Source: the human T2T-CHM13v2.0 reference genome, Homo sapiens
NCBI RefSeq assembly: GCF_009914755.1
Contig: NC_060933.1
Length of the DNA: 64,000 bases
Direction: 5' to 3' (one strand)
The notes beneath the pieces were generated by a model. That model was not told the DNA's origin. It saw only the letters and a list, made by a program, of their open reading frames with translations, and did no database searches. A program made the translations under genes and the position numbers. This document shows, piece by piece, positions 1 to 14,729 of this stretch; position 1 is the stretch's first letter; every line of letters begins with the position of its first letter.

Positions 1-287
1 TTTCAGGAAGAATCTTGAAATCTGAAGCAATAACCTGAGACATTTAAAGCTACAATTTATTTCAGCTTCACTTTATACCCTTCCGCTCTGCCTGCTAAGT
101 TACACTTTCAAATAACCTCAGAAGAATGAGACTCAGCAACGTCTGTGTTTGAACACAAGTTTAGCCTCTGGACAAATGTCCTGTTGGAATCTCACTAAAT
201 GTTTTAAGTTTTCAACTTATCAAGTCTAAATTCCATTGACTCTTAGGTTCCTGCTGCCTACATGAACGTGACTGGCCATTTTCTAAT

Positions 288-480
288 CCAATGTTTCTCA
301 GTAGGAGGAATAGCACCTTCTAGAGAGCACTTTAGGAATCTGTGGGTGCATTCTTTTTTGGTTGTTGCAGTTACTAAAAATGTGACTAGTATTTAGAGAG
401 TGGGAATCAGAGATGCCAGATGTCCTGTAATGTATAGGACAGCTACCCCAAACGAAGACATCTGTCACATCCTATGGGAC
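288..480. mobile_element. MER20-like hAT-Charlie DNA transposon relic
   Basis: Resembles recalled MER20 consensus (tttctca...ttttggttgt...gatgccagatgtcctgtaatg.ataggacagc); boundaries approximate. Confidence 0.5.
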
Positions 481-501
481 TTGAAAGTATTCCTGGAAGA
501 T

Positions 502-686
502 CAGTGGTTCTCAAACTTTAACCTATATCAGAATCACCTGGAGGTATTGTTCAGCACCAATTTCCGGTCCTCACCCCAGTTTCAGAGTCAGTGGGCTCAG
601 GACAGAGCCAGATAATATGCATGTCTAGCTAGTTCCCAGATGATGCTGATGCTGCTGATCCAGGGGACCATACTTTGAAAACTGTA
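502..686. mobile_element. MER5A hAT-Charlie MITE
   Basis: Starts cagtggttctcaaactt, contains atcagaatcacctggag and gatgctgatgctgctg, ends catactttgaaaactg (degenerate TIR); ~185 bp. Confidence 0.8.
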
Positions 687-774
687 GCTCTAGATAGATA
701 GTTACGTAGGTAGAAAATCTGTTTATAGTTATCTGAACCTGATAAACTAGTTTCATTTTATGTGTAAAGACATA

Positions 775-2118
<1,344 letters not shown>

Positions 2119-3528
2119 AAACTTAGAACCAAATATTATTTAGTAGAGATGTGAAAATCAGAGATCTCTCTGTATTTTACTAACGTTAGTTATTTCATAA
2201 TATTCTATTATTATCCTGCTACAGCACAGGTGTAAAAACTATTTATTTTGTGTGTACCAGTGTGTTTTCAATCTTTTCCTGTTGTTTTCAGAGATTGATC
2301 ACACAACTTCTTTGTATTCTCTTTATTACTGTTTACTCTTTTAATCCACCCTCTATTCCCCATGGCATGTCAGAAAATATGGTTTTTAAGACCCTTATAA
2401 GTATTAGAGACCCATAGAAGGGCATATTGTTTCTATCACTACCGTTTCTCATGTAATAAAAAAGAATTATTTGATGCTACAACTAAAAATAGGGCTCACT
2501 TTATTTCCAATTATTTTGCAGTCCCTTGTTGTATCCACTTCCCCATTTCTTGGCATATTAACGTAATTCCATTAAGGTTATTTCTCTTTTCCCTACCGTA
2601 TACAAGTAATTCTGACCTGTGCTTAATGGACTCATCACTATTTTTCTTATGTTAATGTATACTTTTATCTCTCTTCTATTTTCCTGTACTCCTACAAAAC
2701 GATTTCTGATCACTTCATGTCTAATAAATCAAAACATCCATTTTAAGAAAGTACAATTATCTGACCACTTCAATATGTTCTTCTGTGGAAACAACACTGA
2801 ATACTTGCCTATTGAAATATGCACATATATGGTATTTTACTTTCTTGGGCACTAGAAATATTTGTTATAAAAGGGGATATTGTCCTTGATAAAACTGAGA
2901 GCTACTGATCTAGTTCAATTCCTCAGCTATTTTCTTGTAGAAATGGAGGCTTAGAGTGAAAAAGTTATTTGCCTGAGAACACATAGCTATTTAGAGAAAT
3001 TGACTTCTAAAATCTGAGTTTGCCAATTTCAAACCCAATGATCCTACAACTAGAAAAAAAAAATTATGTATGTAGTTCTTTTTGTCCTTTCCTTATTTCA
3101 GCATAGAAGGCAAGAAGTCAAGTAGAGAGATTTAGGTAATTTCTGATCATGAATTATAAAATCAAGTGAATTTTTTCAGGACTTCACATATAATTTTATA
3201 TAGAAAATTTCATTTATTGGTTTTCTCCATCTAAAATCTATAAATCCACAGGTTCTTGTTTGAGCAAAAAAAATTGTGCTGTAGATGATGCCTTTTTCAT
3301 TATAGCATACCTTTGCTCTGCCTTCAAATGCTAAGAAATTGGTTCAGGCAGCATTTTGAAAGGGATACATTTCCCGGGAAATGGCACAGAATTGGAGGCA
3401 ATCATCTTCCACTGACAGAAAAGAGTGGTGAGCTCAGAAAAGCTGAGAACTTAATCAGTACTGAATCAGACTAAGCACAATGAAGTAGCAGATTATTAGA
3501 TAGCAGCCTTCAAAAGTGCAATACTTAC

Positions 3529-3662
3529 AATGCAGGTGGAGCATGGGTACTTTGAAAACTTGGCTCAGAATTTATTAAGCACTTCAATTGCACACATTGT
3601 ATATTGCTGAGAGTTGGTCAAAAGTTTACTACCACAAGACACATTAATTGAATGTATGTGAC
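3529..3662 (-). other. Candidate internal exon (134 nt), probably non-coding
   Basis: Minus-strand acceptor atttttttcag|G and donor ATT|gtaagta in unique sequence; stops in all three frames. Confidence 0.35.
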
Positions 3663-4559
3663 CTGAAAAAAATGAATAATTTTTAGCAATACATATATTT
3701 TAAATTCATTACCTTAGCCTTTCACAGAATCAATGCCACTACATTGATTTCATCGCTGTTATTGCTGTTGTTATTGTTTTATGGTTATAGTTTTTTTTTG
3801 GTTGTTGTTTTATGTTGCTCTCAGCAATAAGGTCATTATAAGAAAGAGCAGTATGAAATTAGTGCAGGAAAGCCTTTAATTATTTTAAGGAATCACAGAA
3901 TTTTGTTTTTTCTCTCTGATCACAAGAAGTGTGTAACATATGTAATCTCTGCTTTCATCTTTTCTGCCAGAAAACTCAGAGCCCAGTTTGGAATACAACT
4001 ATAGAAAATATCTGGGCCATTGTTTATTTTATTATAATTTTATCAAATTAATTATTTGTGTAAACTACCTCAAACCCTTCATTGAATGATGTGAAGCATA
4101 AACAAATAGATTTGAATAAATTCTATCATGTTTCGCCCACATCCAACCAATTTGATCTCAAATATGTGACACTTTAGTTTCCCTTTTAAGCGTTTGAGTT
4201 TCCTTGAACCTGAGAAACAGATGTGTTCTTAGAGCAAACACCTGACAGTCTTTGCTAGAAGTGTTTTTAAAAGATAACTAGGGAAGAAATATTAAGTAAA
4301 AGGAGAGATTTTTATATCCGATGAAAGAACATTCTAGAATAAAATTATAATAAGTTAACAAAGATATCTTAGCATTTATGTTGTCTCCGGAAAAGGAATT
4401 ATAAGATGAGCCAGTTGAGGGTGCAGCCTATCTGTATCCAAGCAAGGAAAAGGAGAGGTAAAGATATAATGGTATCCTGGAATTAGCAAGCTTAGAAGTG
4501 AACTAGCTAATCAATGCACTTAGTTCTCATGATCTTGGCTCTGAAACTTTATATATCTT

Positions 4560-5360
4560 TCAAGGAAAGTAATGTGTTCCGTGAAAGAAAGTAAGAGGAT
4601 AGTTAGCCAAAGAATTTCTGTAGAAACAATATGTTAACTGAGATTCAAAGGATAAAAAAAGCCAGTAAGATGAAGAGGTGGGATGAGGAGAACATTACGG
4701 AGAAAACCATAATAACAGAGGTCTCAAGGTAGAGAATAATTTGATGTATTTGAATAACAGAAAAGTTGAGGGTGGTAGAAGTATAATGAGCAAGACTACA
4801 AGAAGTATATTAAGTTGAAAACCTGGACACAGGGAAGGTTTAAATAGGGCAGTGGTATAATCTAGTTTGCATATTTAAAATAATACTTTGGCTTCCATGT
4901 ATAAAGTGTGTGTGTTGATAAGGTGAAGGTGGGCAAGAGAAGGCAGAGACAGGAGGCTGGTACAGTAAGTCCAAGAAAGAGAGGATGATGCCTTAGTCTA
5001 AGGTGGCATTTGAAAAGGTGATGATGTGGAGCAGATTCTGGATGCATTCTGAAGGTAGAATTGACATGTCAATAGGACAGAATTTATATCAGTTAAAGTA
5101 AAAGGTCTAAAAATGATTCTTAGATTTTTAGTATGAATATAGGGGTGGATTGGGTTAATTTGATAGATAGATTGAGACAACTGTGGGAATAGGATAGAAA
5201 AGGTGATAGGTTTTATTTGTTGCATATTAATTTTGACAATCCTGTAAGACATCTAACAGATGTCAAGTAGTAGAATAAATAAGCCAGAGACTTGGATCTG
5301 AAAGAAAGGTATGTAGTCTAGAGTCATGGCATATATATAATTTTTAAGTCATAGGAAGAA
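4560..5360. mobile_element. L2 relic
   Basis: Purine-rich degenerate L2-like sequence (gattctggatgcattctgaaggtagaattgaca...); boundaries approximate. Confidence 0.55.
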
Positions 5361-5930
5361 GAAAATTCAGGACAGACTTCCTTACTTCTCTGTGTCTTCT
5401 CTTTCTATCCCTTCATTCCCAGGAGCAAGCCAAAGAAAAAAAAATACAGAAATTTGTGCTCTATCAGTTCCTGGGGCTGTGATTGAGTGGATGATAATTC
5501 CATATCACTCAGCTATCAGTTATACTAATTTTGTTGATTCAATGGAAGATTTGTTTGATACCTAGGTTGTTACCTTATAACAAATTTATATCATGGAGGG
5601 GTTATTATTTTTTGTTATATTACATTTTTTTGCATTTCATTTTGTATTCATTTAAGCAGGGAAAATACCAAGAACCCATAATTCAAATTTTCCCATCATT
5701 GCCACCATTGTCTTTGGGCCACCAAAATCCATGTGTCAGGAGTCGGGGAAAGTAGTCAAAATAATATAATGGAAATCCATAGAAAATAGATGTATATACA
5801 ATTTTTAATATTTACTATGTGTGTTCACCTAAGCTTTTCCTCCAGCAAATATTGGGGCAGAGGTAGCTAACATGCCTCAATCTCCCAGGCATCATATAGC
5901 CTGGAAAGAGGGTTAAGTCTTTAAAGAGCT

Positions 5931-7517
5931 TACTCTGTATTGTAAGTGTACTCTGTATTGTGTAATATACTCTGTATTGTAAGTGTATTGTGTAATGTAC
6001 TCTGTATTGTGTACTTTGTATTGTGTAGTGTACTCTGTGTTGTGTAGTGTACTCTGTATTGTGTAGTGTACTCTGTATTGTAAGTGTACTCTGTATTGTG
6101 TAGTGTATTCTGTATTGTGTAGTATACCCTGTATTGTGTAGTGTACTCGGTATTGTAAGTATACTTGATATTGTAGGTGTACTCTGTATTGTAAGTGTAC
6201 TCTGTATTGTGTAGTGTACTCTGTATTGTGTAGTATACTCTGTATTGTAAGTGTACTCTGTATTGTGTAGTGAACTCTGTATTGTAAGTGTACTCTGTAT
6301 TGTAAGTGTACTCGGTATTGTGTAGTGTACTCTGTGTTGTGTAGTGTACTCTGTATTGTGTAGTGTACTTTGTGTTATGTAGTGTACTCTGTATTGTGTA
6401 GTGTACTCTATTGTGTAGTGTGCTCGTTATTATAAGTATACTTGATATTGTAGGTGTACTCTATTGTGTAGCATACTTTGTATAGTGTAGTGTACTCTGT
6501 ATTGTAAGTGTACTCTATTGAAAGTGTACTCTGTATTGTGTAGTGTACCCTGTATTATAAGTGTACTCTATTGTGCACTGTACTCTGTATCGTAAGTGTA
6601 ATTTGTATCATGTAGTGTACTTGGTATTGTAAGTGTACTCTGTATTGTGTAGTGTAGTCTGTATTGTAAGTGTACTCTGTATTGTAAGTGTACTCTGTAT
6701 TGTATAGTGTCCTCTGTATTGTAAGTGTACTCTGTACTGTGTAGTGTAGTCTATATTGTGTAGTGTCCTCTGTATTGTAAGTGTACTCTGTATTGTGTAG
6801 TGTCCGCTGTGTTGTAAGTGTACTCTGTATTGTGTAGTGTCCTCTGTATTGTAAGTGTACTCTGTATTGTGTAGTGTCCTCTGTATTATAAGTGTACTCT
6901 GTATTGTGTAGTGTCCTCTGTATTGTAAGTGTACTCTGTATTGTGTAGTGTCCTCTGTATTGTAAGTGTACTCTGTATTGTGTAGTGTACTCTGTATTGT
7001 AAGTGTACTCTGTATTGTAAGTGTACTCTGTATTGTGTAGTGTACTCTATTGTAAGTGTACTCTGTATTGTAGGTGTACTCTGTATTGTGTAGTGTATCT
7101 GTATTGTAAGTGTACTCTGTATTATAGGTGTACTCTTTATTGTGCAATGTACTCTGTATTGTAAGTGTACTCTGTGTAGTGTACTCGGTATTATAAGTGT
7201 ACTCTGTATTGTGTAGTGTACTCTGTATTGTGTAGTGTACTCTGTATTGTAAGTGTTCTCTGTATTGTGTAGTGTACTCTGTATTGTAAGTGTACTCTGT
7301 ATTGTAAGTGTACTCTGTATTGTGTAGTGTACTCTGTATTATAAGCATACTCTGTGTTGTAAGTGTACTCTGTATTGTAAGTGTACTCTGTATTGTAAGT
7401 GTACTCTGTATTGTGTAGTGTAATCTGTATTGTAAGTGTACTCTGTATTTTGTAGTGTACTGTAAGTGTACTCTGTATTGTAAGTGTAATTGTATTGTAC
7501 TCTGTATTGTGTAGTAT
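5931..7517. repeat. Minisatellite/VNTR of interspersed 18-bp (tactctgtattgtaagtg) and 19-bp (tactctgtattgtgtagtg) units, roughly 85 copies
   Basis: Directly visible tandem array. Confidence 0.97.
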
Positions 7518-8808
7518 ATTGTGCTTTAACTTTTAGAACAGCATATGTTGTGGTTTTTCATATATGTGTGTGTATACTTACATCTGTTTTAGCAATACAT
7601 TTTGTGTATTTATATATATATTAGAGGCATAATCTGTAGACTTTTTATAAAATAAAATATTTTATACAATTAAACAGATTTCTCAATTATAGCCAGAGTC
7701 ATTACAAACTAAAATCCATAACCATTTTACAGCAACCTTAGAAGGATAGAGCACAAAGTGCTTTTAATCTTTTCCCAAGAGATCAAGAGTTTCATTCACA
7801 TCTTCAAAAAATAATTTACATGAAATTAATTATTCAGGAAAAAATAGAACCATTTTTAGAAAATTGAGAGAGATCATAAAATGCTGATCTATAAAGAGGT
7901 CCCTGTACAATTATGTTTAGTACATCACCTGACCATGTGGTTAAAGTGGTCTTTTAATAAAGATGCAAAACAGGAATCCAGGCTAGTTCTAGGATAATGG
8001 CTAAGTGTTCAGTGGGGATGGATGTTAAGTACTCTGGTTTATTGCATTCTGTTTATTGCATTTTGAATACCTTAAAATGACAATTTAATGTAGCTGAAAT
8101 TATAAGAAATGTATTTTCTGCCAGCTATTTTTTAGTGAAAACCTGTGAGATATGACTAGAGATCAGAGGCTAAGCCTTTATTACATTTATGGAAATAAGA
8201 ATGAATTTCTAAAAATGAAAGGGCAACTCCCAGCTGTGGAGAGTTTTATGTTTGTTTTTAACAGACTTTCTACTTCTAAGCCATTACTCCCATGAAAGAG
8301 TTCCCTACTGTAGAGCAGACCCTCAGGGCAGAAAATTTTAATCATAAACCTAAAAAAACATTGATTTGTTGACATTTTTGAAGGCATAAATATAGTCTTC
8401 ATATGACCTTAACCAGGATGAGGAAACCTTGGTCAATCATGAAATTCTGACTGACTGGAGGGTAAAATCCTTCAGTGGAGTACCAGTCAAAAAAAAAAAA
8501 AAATTCATAGGATGAGGTGATTTTACATTTGTTTTTTAAAAATATAAATCTAAAATATTGTATTTTCTGGCTTTATAAAGTAAGAACAAGAAAAATAAAA
8601 TCTATTAGCTCTCATTGCTATTGGATGATTCAACCAAAATAATGCTTTATTACTGTTATGGATATTTATGGGAAGAAAGAGAAAGAAACAGTGGTAGTAA
8701 AAGAAAGATAAATAAAATAAGAGGGTGAAGGTAAATACAGAGGAGAGGACCAACCAGGAAGCAGGGAAGAGAGAAAGAAGGAACCATGTGCTTAAAAACA
8801 CAAAACAC

Positions 8809-9104
8809 GGTCGGGCGTGGTGGCTCATGCCTGTAATCCCAGCTCTTTGGGAGGCCGAGGCAGGAGGATCACGAGGTCAGGAGTTCAAGACCAGCCTAGC
8901 CAACATAATGAAACCCTATCTCTACTAAAAATACAGAAAAAAAAAATTAGCAGGGCATGGTGGCAGGCACCTGTAATCCTAGCTACTCAGGAGGCTGAGG
9001 CAGGAAAATCACTTGAACCTAGGAGGCAGAGATTGCAGTGAGCGAGATTGCACCACTGCACACCAGCCTGGGAGACAGTGCGAGACTCTGTCTCAAAAAA
9101 AACC
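8809..9104 (+). mobile_element. Alu (AluSg-like)
   Basis: Dimeric Alu, ggatcacgaggtcaggagttc, flanking acacaaaaca duplication. Confidence 0.93.
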
Positions 9105-9114
9105 ACACAAAACA

Positions 9115-9545
9115 TTATCAGTTAGGAGTAGGTTTTTCTGAAGATAACAGAAAAAGCCAAAATAACAGTAGCTTAAACGAAATAAATCTTTATTTATCCT
9201 CCATATAAAATTTCAAGCCACAAGGACACTGCCAGCATGACGGCCCCACAACAATTGGCAAAGCTGGCTCATTCTGTCATGTTGCCCAGCCCAAAGTAAT
9301 ATGATGCTGAATTCTCGAAGATGGCTGCACATTTGCTCATCAATCAAGTCCATATTCTAACCAATCTTAGGGAGTAAAGCATAAAGAAAAGCATGCCTTG
9401 TTCCAATAGTCAAATTTCCCTGAAGTTGCACACTTAATCACATGTCCAAACCTAGATGTAAAGGATGCCAATAAATGTTAACATTATCTCAAGTTAAAAT
9501 TTGGAGTTTCTGTTGCTAAGTAAAAAGTGAAACATGGACATTTCT
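9115..9545. mobile_element. Old MaLR LTR (MLT1-type)
   Basis: cagtagcttaaac...tttattt and aagatggctgc motifs typical of MLT1; approximate. Confidence 0.5.
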
Positions 9546-10159
9546 ATATATAATTTGTACTCCTTGTCACCGAAACCCATCATTTATTCCTTTTTCCTGG
9601 AAACATAAAAATTAGTTATTTGTTATAGTTATAACAAAGTAATATTTCCCAATTCCTCTAAACAGTCAGAATTTTTCTGTTTGTATGTTTAATCATTAGA
9701 TAACATTTTAGTAGTCAATTTTAATTTTCCCATGGAAGTTTGAAGTTTTCCTTAGATACAGAAAATAATTTCTGGAGATTTTAAAATTTACTTTGAGATT
9801 ACAAAAGGATTTCAGCCAATTAACTATGTCTGCTCATATCCTTAGTATTGTCTTCCTTCCACAATTCAAATTTACAGCTGTGATTTATTGGTGTGAATAG
9901 CTAAAGCATCCAAATTTCATGTATTCTTTCAGTAAAGACAAATTGTTTAATGTAATTCAGTTGTTATTCCTTTGTAGGACACTGCATATTAAAAAAAAAA
10001 GAAAAGCCTCATTTTTATTCTATATGCCCCTATGTGGAATTGAGAAAATAAGGCTATTTCTCCATGTTGGGAATAACTTCTAAAAATTGTATCAGTGAAA
10101 AAAATAGTGTAACTTAGAATTAAACTTATGTAGTGTTTACCAATATTGAAATGCATTTT

Positions 10160-10380
10160 CAGATTCTAATGAATAGAATGTTGTATGACTTCCAAGGCTA
10201 GGTCATAACAGGGAATATTGTCTAGTAGGCTTTCCCTCTTTCCCAGGCATGAACCTTCAGAGCCCTGAGCTGCCTTGTAGGAAGTCTAGCTAGCAATGCC
10301 ACCATGCTGGAGAGATGATGAGGGAAAACTACATACAGACACAAACAGAGTGAGACACTCAAGAAGCCCTAGTTGTGGAA
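10160..10380. mobile_element. MLT1-type LTR fragment
   Basis: aatagaatg...tgacttccaaggctaggtcataa...gccaccatgctggagag. Confidence 0.55.
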
Positions 10381-10642
10381 TACAGCAGTGCTATGGAGGC
10401 TTGACATAACCATCTACTTTTCCAGAAACCCACATTGTCTAAGGTAAGATAGTGTGTGCGAAAGTTTATTGAATCCGTTGATTCGCTACCTATTTCTGCT
10501 AATTCACTTGATTAACATCTGTTCAATAATGATGTGTAATCCATCCCTGGGAAATTTGAAATGTGAGGTGAAAAACTAAAGACCTGAAGGGCACAGGCAG
10601 TATAATTATTTTTCTTTAAAAATAAAAGTATTTCATTCAATG

Positions 10643-10791
10643 GGCTGGGTGCGGTGGCTCACACCTGTAATCCCAGCACTTTGGGAGGCTGAGATCTCAG
10701 GGAGGATGGTTTAAGGCTAGGAGTTTGACACCAGCCTGGTCAACAGAGTGAGACTCCATCTGTATTTAAAAGACATTAAAAATAAAAAAAG
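10643..10791 (+). mobile_element. Free left Alu monomer (FLAM_C-like)
   Basis: Single Alu arm plus A-rich tail; perfect 19-bp TSD aaaagtatttcattcaatg at 10624-10642 and 10792-10810. Confidence 0.88.
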
Positions 10792-10944
10792 AAAAGTATT
10801 TCATTCAATGATCAAAACTTTGTCGCTTTGTGACTTGTACTTACAACAAAGCCCTACTCTCATTTGAAAGAGAAGGAAATATGACATATAGAGGAGGCAG
10901 AAATCCAGTGGAAATAATATAGTTTCAAAACCCTTTCATGTATA

Positions 10945-11278
10945 CAGTCATATGTTACTTAATAATGGGGATACATTCTGGGAAATGAGTCATTAGGCAA
11001 CTTTGTCATTGTATGAACATCATAGAGTGTACTCATGCAAACCTGAATGCTACAGCCTAATACCAACCTATGCTATAAGGCGTAGCCTATTGCTCCCAGG
11101 CTTTTAATTTATACAGCATGTTACTGTATTGAATACTGTAGGCAACTTTGCCACAATGGTATTTGTGTATCTAAACATAGAAAAGTTACAATAAAAATAT
11201 AGTATTATAATCGTATGGAACCACCATCCTATAGGTAGTCTGTCATTGACCAAAACATTCTTATGCAGCACATGACTG
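10945..11278. mobile_element. Tigger3a (MER7A) TcMar-Tigger MITE
   Basis: TIRs cagtcat...atgactg flanked by TA; internal catcatagagtgtact and tagcctattgctcc motifs. Confidence 0.85.
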
Positions 11279-12099
11279 TATTATTTTATCCAAACTCCAC
11301 AGCAGTCTCTAAGGATTAAAAGAAGGTTTTCTTTACACTCCAGAGATGAAAAACCAGAGATTCAAAAAGGCTAAGTGGGTCCCTGGTCAAATACCATTTC
11401 CTTTAAGACCATCATGACTAGGTTAAATGTCTCTTTCATGAGTATTTATAACACCATATGTCTTTCCATTGCAGTGCTTAAAATATTTATAATTTACATT
11501 ATTTATATGACTTAAATATTAAACTTGTCTTTTCCACAAGATTGTACACTTCATTGGAGCAGGGACTGAGTCTTCTTTTGCTCACTCTTGTACGTCTAGT
11601 TTATGTAGGTATTAAGTAATATTTTATTAATTAAGTCATGTTCTCCAATTGATAAAATAATACCCTAAAAGTACCAAACCATTGATGTGAGTCTGAACCT
11701 CCAAATCTCTAGCTCTTCAAAAGGTTTGAAAGGACCTTATTTCAGGGCTGTTTGTGGCAAAAAGTCACGGAATCTCACAAGACTTTTAAAATGCCTCCCT
11801 ACTGAACTAGAATTCAGATTTTTAAATTCAGTCACCAGATGGGGCAAGATAATCACTAACAAATCATAAACGTGGTGTGTTTCAAAGACAGTGTTTTCAT
11901 TTATTCATTTACTCAATTATTTATGCATTTCTAACAAATACATTTCAGTACCTCCTAAAATGACATTAGGTGGTATAGAGAATAAAATGAAATTCATGTA
12001 CTCAGGATCTTTATAATCAATTTTAAGTGGCCATAGAATTCTATGTCATTTTTTGAAATGAAAGATGACAACAGATGATTAAGTTCCAAAAGCATTGTG

Positions 12100-13700
12100 C
12101 AGGGAATTCATCTATTAGGCATTCATTGAAAACCGAAGTGGTTAGATATAGTTTCATGGAAAAAGATATGCAAAAGCAGGATAAGTCACACACTTACTGT
12201 GGAAACCGCAGGCATGATTGGGGCAACTAATTAGTGTGTGGTAATGCAGTTAGGAGGGGGAATGTGATGACAATAATGAATAAGCAAGCAAAAGCAAGAT
12301 CGCAAAGGCCCTTGTGTCCTCTTCATCCTGAAATCTATTGGAAACTATGGCATAATTTTCCTGTTGGCAAGTCATATGGAAATAATGCAGATTGTCTAGT
12401 AGACATCTGTAGATGTCTAGTTTATTGTATGAAGTAATATTTTATGAATGAGTTAATTAAGTCATACTCTTCATTTGATGAAATAATACCCTAGAATGGG
12501 ATAGGGCAGGGTGCAAATGGCTTACAGAAGGCAAGGAGATGAGCTATGAGTGTTGTAAACAATACAGATACAAGATATCAGAACATAGAAGCTACAGTTC
12601 TTGTTGATTTAGTGAATACTGTGAGGTGAAGAAAAATGAATAAGACACAGAAATATAATGTAAGTCCTAGAATTCTTATTTCAGAGGTTAGGAAGAAGAT
12701 GGTGCCATTTACTAAGGAAGAGAAAAAGAACTGTAGATGATACAAATTTGGGGGAGAGAATAAATCATTCAGCTCAAGTACATATAAATTAAGGTGTTAG
12801 TGAAAGATGCAATCGTAGATATTCATGAGACAGTTGAAATTTAAAAATAAAATAGAGAACATATAAATAGAAGACACAAAAAAAGGATTGATATCAAATG
12901 GGACAAAAAGAGAAAAGCTACATCACTGAAAGTCAACAGCACATCAGAGGTATTTTGTGACAAAAATTTAGATTAAGTCACATAGGATCAATACATAGTA
13001 TGAGAATAGAAAGATGAGGAGGGAATCATGGAGAAAACTAACAGGGCTTGAACAGAACTAGAGGAGACTGCGAAGAATTGGCCCAGATACATGACAATAA
13101 GCTGGTGAGGGTAATGACCCCAAAACCAAGGGAGAACAGAGTCGTGTGAAAGAGGAAGTAATCAACAGCATCGGGTGCTGCTGCTGAACGTTCAAATAAT
13201 GTAAGGACTGAAAGAAAAATGTTGATTTTGGCAGCTAGGATATTACTGGTAACCATCGTGAGGGCAGTTTCAGTTTGGTGCCAGAGGCAGAAGGCAGATT
13301 TCAATAAGTTGAAGTGGAACTGGCAGGTGAGGAAACCAGTTCTTCAGTGAGAAGAGATTCCTTTTCAAAAAGCTTGGCTATAGAGACACAGTGAGATCTA
13401 GGCTAGTGAGGACTGTGTGGCAAAGGAAGGGTCTTTTATTTTAATGTGGAAGAACATAGAATGTATTTTTTGGGGTGATACAAACTGGTAGACAGAAAAT
13501 TATTGATTTCACAAGATTCCTAAAGAATTTGGAAGAGATGGGATCCAAATTTCAGGTAGAGATACGTATTTCAAATAAAAGACTATAAAATTGAAGCAAA
13601 GTTGTTAAATATGACTCCTAATATAATAAATATCATAAATTTGTAGGTGATAACAGAGGAAATACCTGCCTGATGCTCTCAATGTCATCAGTTAAACTGA
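12100..13700. mobile_element. L2 relic(s)
   Basis: Degenerate purine-rich L2-like sequence (tattactggtaacc...gagggcagtttcagt); approximate. Confidence 0.55.
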
Positions 13701-14335
13701 AGGCACAACAGAAAGGATTTGTCAGTAAGTTAAGCAAGAATGGGAGAAATGGGTCTGTAGAAAAGAAGCACAGCACAGTGGTGGGGAGGGGAGGTATGAG
13801 CAGTGAGAGGGTAGATAGAACGAGAATCTTCTATTTTTGATGTTGGTAGAGTTGATCCTGTCAATCAGAATGGATGACACACAAGTATTAAATCTTGGAA
13901 GCTCTCTCTGGGCTAGATTTCAACCTTTGCTTATAGCTTGGGGAGAACCAGAGTAGCCCCAAGAGAAGGGCTTGGTTATCTGTGCCATGGGAACGAGGAA
14001 GCCTTAAGATAGCAAATGACAATTTGTCAAATTGCATGGAATTCCTTCATTACTTTAATAGTTGATATGGTCATACCTGTACATACTGACAGAATATCAG
14101 CTGTTAGTGTTGGCCAAGGATAGTAAAGAAAATCAGGCCTGCAGATTTTGGTTATAATTTGTTTTCTATGCCACTGAGCAAAGAGATACTGGACACAGTG
14201 GTGGACAGGGTAGGCCTAGAAAATAAATGTTAGTTTGCAGTCCAGTGATTAATTTGAAATCTTTTATCCAGATTCCCAATAGACAGTGAAAAAGTTGTTT
14301 TATGACTCATCAAAGTTTTTCTCTGGATGGAAGGA

Positions 14336-14729
14336 TGTATTAGTCCATTCTCGCACTGCTATAAAGAAATGTCTGAGACTGGATAATTTATAAAGAAAAG
14401 ACTTTTAATTGGTTCATAGTTCTGCAGGATGTATGGGAAGCATTGCAGTTTCTGCTTGTGGTGGGGGGTGCATCAGGAAACTTCCAACCATGGCAGAAAG
14501 CAAAAGGTGAATGAGGAGCTTCACATGGCTGGGGCAGGAGGAAGCGGGGAAGGTGCCACACACTTTTAAATGACCAGATCTCAAGAGAATTCACTCACTA
14601 TCCCAAGAACAGCACCAGAGGGGAATCCACCCCCGTGATCTCGTTACCTCCCACCAGGCCCCACCTCTAACACTGAGGATTACAACTCAACATGTCATTC
14701 AGGCAGGGACACAGATCCAAACCATATCA
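14336..14729 (-). mobile_element. MST (MSTA/MSTB) MaLR solo LTR
   Basis: tgtattagtccattctc...atccaaaccatatca termini; 5-bp TSD aagga/aaggg. Confidence 0.88.

Noticed and set aside
6608-7348. 246-aa repetitive ORF (HNTEYTYNTEYT...)
   Set aside because: By-product of a stop-poor strand of the minisatellite; drifts through all three unit frames, with no gene context
5931-7517. CRISPR-like array
   Set aside because: Head-to-tail units with no unique spacers, no cas genes, and primate repeat context
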